A stretch of 63,203 nt of DNA, filler included, from Octopus bimaculoides (taxonomy: Eukaryota), in the NCBI RefSeq assembly GCF_001194135.2. It is 7 parts of 6 records of this genome, joined end to end, with 100 filler letters (N's around TTAATTAATTAA, not from the genome) between each part and the next. Parts side by side here need not be neighbours in the genome. Positions count along the whole stretch, not along the records: positions 30,559 to 53,576 come from NC_068982.1; positions 53,677 to 58,553 come from NC_068986.1; 5 more parts are not named here. One strand, written 5' to 3'. Below the pieces are notes generated by a model. The model was not told the origin of the DNA. It was given only the letters and a program-made list of their open reading frames with translations, and did no database searches. Both the position numbers and the translations under genes were made by a program. Below are positions 40,101 to 53,805 of this stretch, in pieces (position 1 is the stretch's first letter; each line of letters begins with the position of its first letter).

Positions 40101-41390
40101 ATGAGATAAGTGATACACTTAAAATAAAAATAGCGGCATATGCTAATATTAGATTGCTTTACTAGGATATCAAATAAATACTAAAGATCGTACATGGCCC
40201 CATGATCTGAGAGCAACCACAGAAATATTATTCTTAGACCATTTCTACCATTTGATACACAAAAAGCGTACTGGATGATGTATACTTATATATGTTTTTC
40301 CAGACGAAATGAGAAAAGTCATGGTTCTAAAGTCTTTGATAACGAGTTAGGTGGATCAGAGATGACTTGTAGTTGATTAATAACATCAAGGAGATAATAC
40401 TTTGTTATATAATTTTGGATTCTATGAATGAAGAATTTGGTGGACACATCTAGAACGTCTTTTTTTCGAGTGTTATCTCATCAATCCGGATTTAAGAGAA
40501 CAAGAACTATCAGAAGTCACGCTGTACAATAAGTATTGAGTGAGATATGGAGAAAAAGTTTTTTCGTCTGCTCTTGTAACTATTTTCAACAAAGAGCAAT
40601 GGACTCGCTAATGTATATTTTGCCGTGAATTAACTCCCTCTCGTACATTTATTGTAAAATTGCCTATATTATTTAGAAATATTGTAGTCTTTTAAGTAAA
40701 ACTTTACCTAAAGGATAACCGTCTTTATTCTACAATATTCCACTTGTAAGGGAGCAAAGACACAAAACAATGAGTGGAGACTATTAAAGCAGGAGAATAT
40801 TGTTAATGAATAATGCCTCTTTGTGAACCAACGTTTAGTGCAAATGTTTAACACAAACAAAAGGAAACGATGGAAATGTATTATATTGTAGAAAGTAGTT
40901 GAATGTTTCTAACACATGACTTGGGAAAAATTGACTGACACTATATATACTTGGAGGAAAAAGATCAGAAAAATTAAAATACCGAATATAGTGGTAAGAA
41001 ATGTGTGAAAAGGCAACCCAAAAATGAAGAGGTTAAAGTGTTTAAAGGGTTGCAATTCATAGTAGAAATAACTATAATTAACAGATATGTTTCCGAGCTA
41101 AAATATGCGAAGTAAAAGATTGTGAGTCGGTGTTGCTGAAACGTCTGAGTGTCATTAAAATCTAGTGCCTAAAAATATCAGCACACTTCCATTTAAACAA
41201 CGGAAGACAAAGGCACAAATGTATTATTGACATAATGTTAATCAGCATCAACTTAGCCGTCAGCCTATATACTGTGAATAAATGAATTTCATCTATGAAG
41301 ACAGACTACCTCAAGGATATGTATTCAGACACGGAGTCGATTGGTGTGATACTGGTTACTCACATCCATTAGTATGTGAAAAGAATATTA

Positions 41391-42580
41391 CAAGGTGGGT
41401 CCAAAATCACGAAGATAATGCAATATTTAATAACTCCTTTTTTTTTCCACTTTAAATTTACAGTATCAAAGCATCATATATAGTATACATAGGAAATAAA
41501 TACTTGCTAGATGTGAAAAATCACATCTCGTAAATGATGCCTATTTCCTGCGTCACACCAATTTGACCTTTGCAAGATATTTTCTATGTCACTGATTTCG
41601 GCCCCTAAATTGTTCTCCAGCAGTTGGAGTATCTGAGACTTATTAACATAATTGTTTTCTTTGAAATAGCCCACACGTAGAACTCAGGAACTATTAGATA
41701 AGGAGAACGCGGTGATCAGCTTGTGCCGCAATCGTGAGTATTCATTTTTCCTTCAAAAACTTACCAGAGGAGTTGGATTGTGGTCATTGCTGCAGGAATT
41801 GTCACTCTCTCCTGCTGGAACCACATGTAATGCTTATTTATTTTTAAGTGTTGAGAGTAAAAAAGTTTCGATCATATACAAATATATTCACCTCCTGTAA
41901 CAGGGATTAGGTTTCCAATGCGATCCTCTTCAAAGTGAGACCTGGGATCTTCCTCTGACGTCGCCCAACACGAGACCGTACACATAATGGGGCAAAATTG
42001 ACTTTTGAGAACTACCCTATGATTTTATCAACCCCAAATCCTGTCGTTTTGTTTGTTAATGAATCTATTCCAGTGAAACTATGCGGATTTTGGTGTCATC
42101 AACATCTGGATAAATTTGGGACCACTCCAAGCTAATTCTTGAGTGCTGACGACATACTGCTGCGTGCTAATCTACGCCAATGACAATCTTAAAGAAACTG
42201 GTTCAGTTATTTAAGAATAGACTGGAGCGATGCCTGGCAGACTTCAGCTTGTCTGGTAAGCCTTCAAGTTGATGCGCTTGATTTTTCTGCTAACTCTAAT
42301 TTATATGCTCTAGTATGGCTTCGTCCCTAACCGAAGGATGTCTGCCTGTTCACGATAGGTCGCTTAGTGAATTCTCTTGCTCAAAACGAACAAACATAAA
42401 ATCGTTGATTCCCTTGGTGATTTTCTCAGTTCGTAATGGCAACGGTATGCACATTGGCTCAGAAACATTGGTTTTAATAGTAAAAGCTCACAATTTTTGT
42501 TCGCCATACAATCGTGAATTTTTTCATGGTTATCTCCAACCTTTTTTCTATATACAACTTAGAAAAATACAGAAAAAGAA
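41391..42580 (-). mobile_element. Decayed Tc1/mariner element with DD41D (rosa-type) spacing
   Basis: Minus strand WFQQE...SPRSPYLIVPEFYVWAISK in one frame (about 41830-41660), 41 residues between the catalytic positions; TA + caaggtgggtcc end; the other end is approximate. Confidence 0.75.
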
Positions 42581-45500
42581 CAATATTTAAAATAAATTAG
42601 TAAATTTTCAGACACTTCATGACTTTTGTCGTACTCTGTATAGGTTACATCAACGATAACTATACGAGATGGAAACATGTTAAAAGGTATAAAGGTATAA
42701 AGGTAATAAGAAGTATTATCAGGAATATACTGCAACTTTAATCTAAACTACAGATGGCATATAAACTTGTAAATATTTCAATGCACAATCTCACTGCATT
42801 TTTAACTGGATATAGTTCTGTGACTTAATATATTACCTTCATGTATTTATTGGCGCCATATTTATCATCTCAGAGAATATATTAATGAATCAGATTTCTA
42901 TTACCAAGTTATTTCTTTAAAGATCAATAAAAATTGTAACACCAAATAGGTAGCATATGTACAACTTGTTTATTGTTTTATCCTTTCACACAAATGCGAA
43001 ATACATGACATGACTGCCAGTTATATGAACATAAGTTTGATATAATACCTAAAAATTACTGTAAGAGAATTATTCATTGAAATTTCTACAGCATTTAACA
43101 AATTTATAAGCAACAGTCAGTCAGCATAAAATGATAACCGGACTAAAATAAGCACATCGGTGAAAACATACAGTACTTCAATTCGATAGTATTGATATAA
43201 CATAATGTATACTCGTACTGTATCGTGACATCCGTCGTTGAAATTCCACGGTTTAATTAGGGTTTGAGGTCATTGCAGATGTGTAGATCATCAGTAAATT
43301 AATCCGATACAAGTGCCTTAGTGATACTTTATTTTATCTCGTTCAAAGGACTGAAACACGTATCTGAACGCCACTTCTTATTGACTCAACGCATAAAGAG
43401 ACAGAATAATTCTACCATTCCACCGCATTGTTGATGTGCATGCAATCATATATAGATACATGCAAATATGCATATATACATAAATATACATTCACAAAGC
43501 AAAACATACATATGTATAGTATATTATTTATGTAATATATGAGCTCGCTTTTATATCTTATGATAATTAAAAGAAATCAAACATCGAATATTATTAATTT
43601 CCGATGAACTTGTTTCATATCAGACCATTTAATACATATTTTATTTGTGACTTTAACTCAGTTGTAGATTGGCATACCAGCAATAGTAGCATGCGTAAAA
43701 TGTAAAAAGAAAATTCAATAATAAATTTTTGAAAATAATGTATGTTCGAAGTACATAAACTATTTCATACGACTAAATTAAAAACAGTGCATTTTAAAAT
43801 TATGAAGTTTTATCTTGTAACGCATTTAATAGCTGATATTAATAGACATTAATATTGGTTACATAATGTTTATGTTTGATTCTAGTGAACGCTTCAAAGA
43901 AATAAAATGTGCTCTGTATAGTTCTAACATTTCTACACAATTATGAACATAAACTATATAAAGTCACCAACCACTCATTAAATAATACGTTCAGACTCTA
44001 CATTTGAAGAAGCAAAACGGATTCTATTATATATGCAACGACTGATGCGAATGATATTACGGAATGAACAGAACTCCAGATGGATCTAATAGAGAACGGT
44101 TTACCAGAATTTCATATCTTCTCTACTATTTAGAATATTTGAATGGCTTTCAATTTTCAGAACAGCTTAGTGAAGGCATGCATTATTCGTGCGAACAAAA
44201 TATGTTTTTAATGCAATGGTTGTATTTACTTGAAGTGAACAAATTATACAAAGCGGTACAAAATGAAAGATACATTTTAGTCATTCGAAAATACACAGAA
44301 ATGGTAATTTCATTTAATCATTTGTTTTTTGCTTTCCAAATTCTAGTCACTGTCTTAATGTAAAGGTTGTAGATTTGTGGCGAAAAGTTTGATACAAATG
44401 TATGATAAAATAAGATTAACAGATTCTGAGGTTTTTCAATGGCTACGCTATAATTACTTCAGTTTCAGCATATAGCCAGAAACGTAGAACTCCAAATATG
44501 ACAACGTCCGTCAAGCATCAAATAGAAAGATTTTCGAGCATAAATGAATATGCTAAATGATATTCAGCGGACATCCAATACTTTTCACTTTTATTGAAAT
44601 TGTTTCCAATACATACTATTGGTATTTTAAAGGAGCAGAGTCTTTTTTTGATTTTGTACATCGTTCTGCCTTTGTGTATTATTCTTTTCTGCCGAAATAA
44701 TTAAAGGTGGTACTTATATTCTAATCGAGAAGATAATAGGAATATCACTTACTAAATGATAAGTGGTTCCAGAAATATACTTGGAAATTTAAATAGTTCG
44801 GACAACAGTAATCCAAAGCGCAAAACAATTACTGGCTAAATCCTGACACTACGGCGTCCAACACCACCACCATCACAGCAACAAAAACATCAACAGCAAC
44901 GACAAAGCAGCAGCAACGACAACAACAGCAACAACAGTAATAGCACCAGGAGCAACAACAGTGTATTTATTTCTAATCTTCTGATTTATGTGACTTCAAG
45001 AAATTAATGGCTATATTCCATGATTACTCTCAACCATGAACGATTTAAAAATAAGAATAACTTTGAAGTAGTTGTATGCTGTCAACTTAATGTGACAGTC
45101 CCCTGAAGGGAATAATACTGCTGTTGGTTAGACCTAGGAAGCTGCACCGCTTCCTGTCGGCCTTGACACATTTCCTGTGTCCTTATGTTTNNNNNNNNNN
45201 NNNNNNNNNNNNNNNNNNNNNNNNNNNNNNNNNNNNNNNNNNNNNNNNNNNNNNNNNNNNNNNNNNNNNNNNNNNNNNNNNNNNNNNNNNNNNNNNNNNN
45301 NNNNNNNNNNNNNNNNNNNNNNNNNNNNNNNNNNNNNNNNNNNNNNNNNNNNNNNNNNNNNNNNNNNNNNNNNNNNNNNNNNNNNNNNNNNNNNNNNNNN
45401 NNNNNNNNNNNNNNNNNNNNNNNNNNNNNNNNNNNNNNNNNNNNNNNNNNNNNNNNNNNNNNNNNNNNNNNNNNNNNNNNNNNNNNNNNNNNNNNNNNNN

Positions 45501-45689
45501 NNNNNNNNNNNNNNNNNNNNNNNNNNNNNNNNNNNNNNNNNNNNNNNNNNNNNNNNNNNNNNNNNNNNNNNNNNNNNNNNNNNNNNNNNNNNNNNNNNNN
45601 NNNNNNNNNNNNNNNNNNNNNNNNNNNNNNNNNNNNNNNNNNNNNNNNNNNNNNNNNNNNNNNNNNNNNNNNNNNNNNNNNNNNNNNNN

Positions 45690-46071
45690 GTTGTTGGCAC
45701 TCCGTCGCTCACAACGTCGAGGGTTCCAGTTGATCCGATCAACGGAACAGCCTGCTCGTGAAATTAACGTGCAAGTGGCTGAGCACTCCACAGACACGTG
45801 TACCCTTAACGTAGTTCTCGGGGATATTCAGCGTGATACAGTGTGACAAGGCTGACCCTTTGAATTACAGGCACAACAGAAACAGGAAGTAAGAGTGAGA
45901 GAAAGTTGTGTTGGAAGAGTAGAGCAGGGTTCGCTACCATCCTCTGCTGGAGCCTCGTGGAGTTTTAGGTGTTTTCGCTCAATAAACATTCACAACGCCC
46001 GGTCTGGGAATCAAAACAGCGATCCTATAACCGCGAGTCCGCTGCCCTAACCACTGAGCCATTGCGCCTTC
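45690..46071 (-). mobile_element. SINE family C
   Basis: Reverse complement of 22956-23385. Confidence 0.92.
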
Positions 46072-46530
46072 ACAAGGAGATGTTATGATGTACACAAACA
46101 TTTTAGATTTGATACACACTGTGGATTTCTCAAATTATTGGCTTCGAAACATTTTTGATTTGCTATTAGCACTGCTTCATAAATGCACCGTACCTTCTGA
46201 ATGTCTGATCTATCGCTAATTCAAAGACGTCTATTCCGTTAAAATATCTAACATTTAGATATTACTAGTGAGGCTTATATTACTCAATTGTATTTCTTCT
46301 TATCTTAAATACTTTTACCAACATGTTCAACTAAAATTACAACGAACTTGAACCACTCATGCATCCTAAAGAGAGGTTCAAAATGAATATCAAGTTCATA
46401 GATTACATTAGTGTATCAGTAACGGAAGATTTAAGGAAATAAACATTGAATCGTTTCTTTTCATTAAGTTACGGATATAAATCAAATTTTTTTCCGACAT
46501 AAATATAAATCGAAGTAATTTCTAATCTCC

Positions 46531-46908
46531 TTTTACTCCTTTTCTTGTTTCAGTCATTTGACTGTTGCCATGCTGGAGCACCGCCTTTAGTCGAGCAAAT
46601 CGACCCCAGGACGTATTCTTTGTAAACCTAGTACTTATTCTATCGGTCTCATTTGCCAAACCGCTAAGTTACGGGGACGTAAACACACCAGCATCGGCTG
46701 TCAATCAATGTTGGGGGGGGGAACAAACACAGACACACATACATACACACACACACACACACACGCACACACACACACACGCANNNNNNNNNNNNNNNNN
46801 NNNNNNNNNNNNNNNNNNNNNNNNNNNNNNNNNNNNNNNNNNNNNNNNNNNNNNNNNNNNNNNNNNNNNNCATAAGCAAGCTACTTACCACACAGCCACC
46901 CCTACGCT
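46531..46908 (-). mobile_element. SINE family B (gap inside)
   Basis: tgtttcagtcatttgactg...ctacttaccacacagccac. Confidence 0.92.
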
Positions 46909-47473
46909 TAATATTAGTTGTTTCCTAAAAAATGTTACACAATTTTTTTTTTTAAATGTGTATTTCTACCTCGCACACTGTAAGCAACTATGTTGTTGGT
47001 TTTGCTGTTGACGTCGCATTGTCATTCTGATGGTGGCTGCGTTTGAAGTAGTGCTGTTGGAAGTGTTGATGGTGTTTGAGTTTAGACAGTAATTGTCCGT
47101 GATCAAGCTGGCCTGTGATCCAAAGAAACCACTACCACCACTATTCTATCATTTTTGAACGTCGTGTACTCCAAACTATTATTATGCTAGAGTGTGAGTT
47201 ATTTAGAGATGTGATAATGTATCTGGAGGTTATGATGTGATGATATATCTAGAGGTTAAGCAATCAACTAATAAAAGAAAATACCTATTACTTTTTAGCC
47301 TTATTTGTATATACTTCACTATTTACTGATATCAAAAATTATAAAGGTTTTGAAACTCGAAACGAAATTTCATTAACTAATGTCTTCCCATGAAGACTGG
47401 ATTGACGCTGAGCGGGAGTGGCAGAACTTTGTGGAGATGAAAGATAAAATAACCGGGGAAAACGTTATCACAC

Positions 47474-47525
<52 letters not shown>

Positions 47526-48299
47526 GTGTATATATATATATACATATACATGTTTTATTATAATTGAAGATAAACACACACATATAGACAAGTGTTTTTC
47601 TGTTCAGTTAATATGAAGGGTTACTCGATACATTCGTAAAGTACAAAATCTTTATTCTTTAACAAGAATATTACTGACAGTGATTCTGATGACGGCTTAG
47701 CTGGCCGAAAGATGGAAGTCACAGTTAAATATTATTCTTTTTGAAGAATATTGTATACATACACCCACACATATATATGTGTGTGTGTGTGTATACATAT
47801 GTGAGTGTATGTGTGTGTGCATTTATATACACTCGCAAACACACATACACACACAAACGGACGCGCACATGTACACAGACACACACATATATATATATAA
47901 TACTATGGAAGAGGAATTATGAAATCCAGGCAGAGAGATTTTAAAGATTTTGTAGTTATCCAATTAATAGTTTATAACATAAATTGTTGACCTAAGTTTC
48001 CGATATGCTACTGTTGCATAATAATTTAATGTGATGATTCTGCACTCTAATAAATCCATATTAAATTGATTATGGTGTTACACACGTCTATATAATAAAT
48101 ACCAGCATATCGTTCTCAGACACACCCAAAATATTTAAGGGTTATAGAAGAGAAAACTGTCAGGATGCGATACTAGTAGCGGTAACGGTAACTGCTCCAT
48201 ACTGAGCAACGAAAAATATTGAAGAGGGAGGGGATAGAAATGTAGAAGTGATATTAAATTATATGGTAAAATTTCCCATTGTATATAAAGTCAAGGTAA

Positions 48300-48860
48300 C
48301 CCCAATACATCGTTGAGAAAGGAATATACTCTCGGCTATACAAACAACAATGGAAATTTCATGAGAAATCTCGATGTTTCCATCACAAACAAAAACATCT
48401 CCTATGTTCAAGTAAAAAATCTTCGATTGATGATGAGGAAATTTAAGATCAAGTTAGGACTTTGTATGATCACATGAAGGTTTTTTGTGTGGTCAGTAAT
48501 TCACCTCCAATATGTTATCGAAAGTAGATTAACACGTTTGAGGTTAGACACAACATACTTCAGTCTAAAATAGCGATCTTGTCACACAAATCAAATCAAA
48601 ACCTGATAAGGTTTACGATCACAAATGAGAAAATCTATACTTGCGATGAAACTACATAACTTTTTATAACCGAAGACTACACTCTAGTTGCTAGTGTTGA
48701 AGCAACACGCTAAGTGGTATTTGACAATGCTCAGTAATGTATCAAGAATTTAGAATCACCACAAACACATAAATTAGTCTCATGTTATATAGGCAACATG
48801 GAAGTTGGATAAATTATATTATGCCTTTTTCTACAATGGGTCAAGACAACTGCAATGTCC
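48300..48860 (+). mobile_element. Very decayed mariner-like remnant
   Basis: Fragments resembling TTREIAxxLDVS, TGDE and KVMLxIWWD segments; many indels. Confidence 0.3.
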
Positions 48861-48944
48861 TACTGACTGACAGGAAATGAATATTAAGGATTTTCTCTAT
48901 TACTCTTTCAAATATTTCATTGCTAATATCTTCAATGTCTTTTA

Positions 48945-49368
48945 TCTTTTGTCTTTGACTTATTTCGGTTATTACACTGCGGCCATGCTGGGGCACCGCT
49001 TTGAAGAATTTTTGGTCGAATGAATAGGACCCACTTCTCTTTTTAATTTAAAGCCTACTGCTGATTCTTTTGCCAAACCGCTAAGTTGCAGGAACGTAAA
49101 CACACCGACACAAGTTGTCACGCGTTCAAGGAGAACAAAGAAAGACATGAAGATACAGGCACACACACGCACATACACACACACATAAATAAGTGCGCAC
49201 GTGTGATGTGTGGGCGTGGGAGTGTGCGACGAGCTTTTCATCTACCAAATCCACTCGCAAGGGTTTGGTTTACCTGAGGCTATTGGAGAAGACATTCGCC
49301 CAAGACACTGCCAAGTAGTGGGATTGAACCATGTAGTTGGGAAGCAAATTTGTTGCCACACGCGTGTG
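48945..49368 (-). mobile_element. Older SINE family B copy
   Basis: cactgcggccatgctggggcaccg...tctaccaaatccactcgcaagg...gggattgaaccatg. Confidence 0.8.
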
Positions 49369-50709
49369 CCATGATTATTATTTTCATAGATAAAAATATA
49401 AAACACTGAGATACTTTGACCACTTATCGTAACTTTATCTATAAAGGTCTACCCACTGCTGAAGATATGGCACAAATTTTATATCAAAAAATTAAACAGA
49501 ATGAATTGAAAATCTTACATCTAAGTTTCAACAAACGGAATGAATTGAAACGTAGAAACTAGGTTTACATGTAGGAATTTAGTTTATAAGAAGATCCGAA
49601 ACTATAAACAGCAAAATGTAAATATCGTGTGACCACATGTATACGAATTGCAAATAACAAAATCATATAGGTTCTCCAATATAGAAAACGATTTGCAGCA
49701 GTATCTCAAAGATTCAGTAATTGATTTCTTTATAGTAACATTCTAGATACTTACAAGTAAAACATCCTACTAACTTATAGAAGCTACATATGATAGTTCT
49801 TAATTCAGCCGTAGAGTATAGATGAATTTTTTGTATTCTCTACCTAAAAGCAATGTCATATATAATATATAGAAGCCAAACGTATATCATTTTCAACTTT
49901 TGAATATAAACTACTGGGAAGTTATTTAGATATTGGTTTTGTGCTTACGCAACGAAATAGATTTTGTCATACAAATAGCTAAAATTTCTAATGAAAACTT
50001 TTCCACTGTCCATATTTTCTACATATTAATCTTATGCACATATACCTCTGTTCTGAAATGATACGGAAATGTACCAAAATCTGAAAGAATTTATTTAATC
50101 TTTGATAAAGCACTCAATGTCACGATTTCCTTTCCCCAAACTTCATATTTATTTTGTGTTTTACGACTTATTTACTTTGTATTTTAGGATACAGCCTCTA
50201 TTCTACTCGAAGCCTATTCAATTCGTTCAACATTTTAGGAATCGTTGTAACAAAAGCCTTTTTCCTATGTTCCAAAAATCAACGCTTTTCATTATCAAGA
50301 ATATAGAAAAACTATAAGTACTAGCTGTCCTTGTTATAAAAATGTACTGGCTGTAATATACTTTGAATCTGTTTCCCTAACAACATCACGGAGTCTATTG
50401 ATGGACAACTGTCATGTCATTCTTATATTCTTAAGAGAAAACAGAAATACTTCCAATAAAAGTAAGCAAAGCTCAAAATAAAACTGCTTCAACAAAATTT
50501 CTGTAATCATTGAAAAGAAAAATAAAGTTTATTTCATATCGCACAATGGAATAACTTTGATATGTAGTTGAAACAAATACTTGATAGAGTTCAACATATT
50601 TTTCATGCAAAGCGACGAAATATTTTTCATTCAACTTATGTATTTTGAATTCTTATATAATTGTCGTTTTCAAAGTACTAAACTATTCAGTCTTCCCATT
50701 GCACGCTTA

Positions 50710-51290
50710 CGCCAGGAGCAGTAATTTTCTTCCAGGTTTCTCGATTGATTGCGCATTCTATATTTATCAAAGTTTCGAAATCATGTGATATATATTGTCT
50801 TCCGCCATCCTCCTCCTCCTGTTGATGCCCATCGAAATGCTGTTTTTTGTATACTGATGATCTGGTTACAACAGAAAGTATCAGCTAATCTCCTTCGTTC
50901 CGACATCTTGCTTCGGAGTCTTCGCGATGACGTTATCTTTGTTTCTGATATGATCATGGTCCGAGATTATCAGAATTTTATTCAAACATGTCGAAAATCT
51001 TCCTACGTTTTGGTGATTTTCACAGAATTTTTTATTTCTTTTCCGGATAGAAATTGTTATTACAAAGTATTATACAGCGGATTTTAATGTTATTTTGCTG
51101 AAATGCTGATATCGTCTTACCGATTCTGTATTTAATATTGATTTCAGCTTCTTTGTCAGTGTACTGAACACAATCAGGAAAAACAAATCAGCTTAAGTCT
51201 TCGACACGAGGCCCTTTACTTACCTGAGCTCATTACTGTGGGCTTCATCTTCACTGCGTTTGTTGCCAATTCAGTCTAAAAATGCATAGC
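50710..51290 (-). mobile_element. RTE-clade LINE 3' remnant
   Basis: TDKEAEINIKYRIGKT, KILIISDHDHIRNKD, RRRLADT...WRKTIYIT, RETWKKIT. Confidence 0.65.
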
Positions 51291-51366
51291 TCAAGAAAAT
51301 TCATAGTAACTTATCTGTGTAAAATAATAAACAAAGTATAATGTATGTATTCATATTATATTTATA

Positions 51367-51461
51367 GAGTAAGACTCATGAGTAAGACTCATGAGTAAGA
51401 CTCATGAGTAAGACTCATGAGTAAGACTCATGAGTAAGACTCATGAGTAAGACTCGTGAGT
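51367..51461. repeat. 13-bp minisatellite (GAGTAAGACTCAT) x7
   Basis: Six perfect units, one unit with a single A-to-G change, then a partial unit. Confidence 0.97.
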
Positions 51462-52220
51462 TTGCTCGTGATTTCAAAACATTGTTCTCCTTTTAATTCT
51501 TTAGTCTGTGAACAATTGATGGCGTATATTGAGGATTGCAGATAGAATGTGGTAGAAAAGGTTATCATATGAAGAATGATACTTGGAAAAAAAGAATTTA
51601 TTGCAGACTGTAGGGTGTCGGACACGAGAGGGGCAATTGGAAGAGGTGGAATCATATCAGCTATGCTTCAACGGATGCTTTAAACAACTTTCTAGTTCAA
51701 AGACGAAGGTTGAAAGTCTATCAGTGGCGTTCGTGTAGGCTTAGTCAAGAGTTTTCGACAGCGACTGGAATTTGGCCATAGTGCAAGTTTCGCTTCTCCA
51801 TGTCCAAACAGAAAGGCTGCCGATTTGTACCGTTAGAGCTTGATAGAAATGCATAGAAATATATTTGAAATTCTGATATTTTAAAACATACACAAGCACT
51901 AGTTATTCCAACTTCATTTTATTATTATCACCAATTCATTTGCTAATTAACTACCAAATTGTCTAAGAAATCATTCGATCAATCATTCGATTGGTTTATC
52001 GGAATCCATTCTCTGCAGTCTGCTACCTACTTTCTTACTCAAGATGTGACACCAGCTATTCTACTTCTGTCATCACATGATTTATCCATATTTTGTCACA
52101 GTATTTATATTTCATGGTGGTTGCATTATGTTTTTGTGTATATGTAAACATGCAAGCTTGCACATGTTTTATACATTTTTATAGATGCTTGCTCATGTCT
52201 GTCAGTGATTGGGAATATGT

Positions 52221-52276
<56 letters not shown>

Positions 52277-52402
52277 CACACACAGATACAGAGTGAGACA
52301 CAGAGAGAGACGTCCATATATGCGCATATACAGGCACATGCATGTATTTAGTGCTTATTGACATTTTTTTAAATATATTGATATTACGTCTCATGTTTCC
52401 TC

Positions 52403-52545
52403 AGAGAAGATCAAATTCCGATGAGGTCGACTTTGCCTATCACTCTATCGGGTTTGATAGAACAAGTACCAGTTGAGCAGTGGAGTCGATATAATCGACT
52501 TACCCCATCATTGAACTTGCTGACATTGTGCCAAAATTTGAAATC
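52403..52545 (+). mobile_element. SINE family A, 5'-truncated
   Basis: tcaaattccgatgaggtcgactttgcct...gagtcgatataatcgact. Confidence 0.85.
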
Positions 52546-53056
52546 AAGATTTAGATCAATGTATTTATGCATCAGATATCGCGTTCTTACATCTGTTTAA
52601 CCCAATAAATTAGGACGTTAGTTATTTCTTTATACGTATTACATTACTTGTAGCAGGTGACAATTTTTCATGGAAGCTGCTCGCAATGCCAAATACTTTT
52701 CGTAGTCGTTAGTCCCGTTGCAATGTAGTAATCAATAATCAAACGAATAGAGTTTGATGAGTATGTATATATTTATATATATATGCTGGCGGGCCCCATG
52801 AATATCTCACGGAATTAATAGTAAAAACGTTATCGAAAAAAACTGAATGAGTAGCCTGCGTTGTGTCTGTTTCAAAAGATAAACTCATCTGCTATTCATT
52901 GAAAAATGAAGGAAATTGGAATACGATGATTACTTAATGTGCTTTATATATATACTTTATATACTTTATGCTAAATTTTATAGAGTTAATACACAGCACT
53001 CATAAAATATATATTCACTCTTATTTTTCCATTTTCCCCATAAAGAGAAAAAATTA

Positions 53057-53576
53057 TTAGGTCATCCCATAAATTCTGTCTAATGTTATCTTTTTTAAAA
53101 TTGAATAGTATTTTAGAATGTCTTAAATTTATTAAATGTTATTTTACAGAATAATAGAATTAAAATTTCTATGATTAAAATCATTTCTAACATGGTAGTA
53201 TACAAAGAGAATTTGAGGTACATAATGCTTTATGAGTACAAAATAAAAAGGAAACTCTGCAACCGAAACGACTCGAAACATACACGCAGTTTATGGTAAA
53301 GAATGCTTGAATTAGAGAAATTGCAGAAGATGGTTTGCAAAATTCAGAAGTGAAGATTTCAGCCTTGAAGATGAAGATCGAACAGGACGTCCAGTCGAGT
53401 TTGAGGATAAGCTCCTTGAGGCATTACTTGAAGAAAATCCTGCATTATCAGTTGAAGAATTGGCAATAAAGCTTAGTTCAAACCATACAACTGTTCATCG
53501 TCATCTTCAGCAACTTGGAAAGGTTCCTAAACTCGGAAAATGGGTGCCTCATGAATTGTCGGAAAGCAACCGCAAA
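53057..53576 (+). mobile_element. Mariner element: 5' TIR and transposase N-terminus (pseudogenised; rest lost at a join)
   Basis: TA + ttaggtcatcccataaattctgtc; from ATG 53192: KGNSATETTRNI...RRWFAKFRSEDFSLEDEDRTGRP...KLGKWVPHELSE, with a frameshift and stops. Confidence 0.93.
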
Positions 53577-53745
53577 NNNNNNNNNNNNNNNNNNNNNNNN
53601 NNNNNNNNNNNNNNNNNNNNTTAATTAATTAANNNNNNNNNNNNNNNNNNNNNNNNNNNNNNNNNNNNNNNNNNNNGCAGACCGAGAGGGGGAGATGGGT
53701 AAGAAGAAAGATAGATAGGTAGATAGATAGGTAGATAGATAGAGG

Positions 53746-53805
<60 letters not shown>

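Noticed and set aside
47380-47475. Protein-like frame MSSHEDWIDAEREWQNFVEMKDKITGENV
   Set aside because: No splice sites, upstream in-frame stop, runs into (TA)n; another frame resembles an RTE tail.
51224-51275. Apparent 52-nt minus-strand exon (ttttag|...TCAG|gtaagt, TELATNAVKMKPTVMSS)
   Set aside because: It is collinear with the RTE remnant below it, and splicing to the next acceptor gives an immediate stop.
51367-51461. CRISPR-like array
   Set aside because: No spacers; a pure tandem repeat in eukaryotic DNA.
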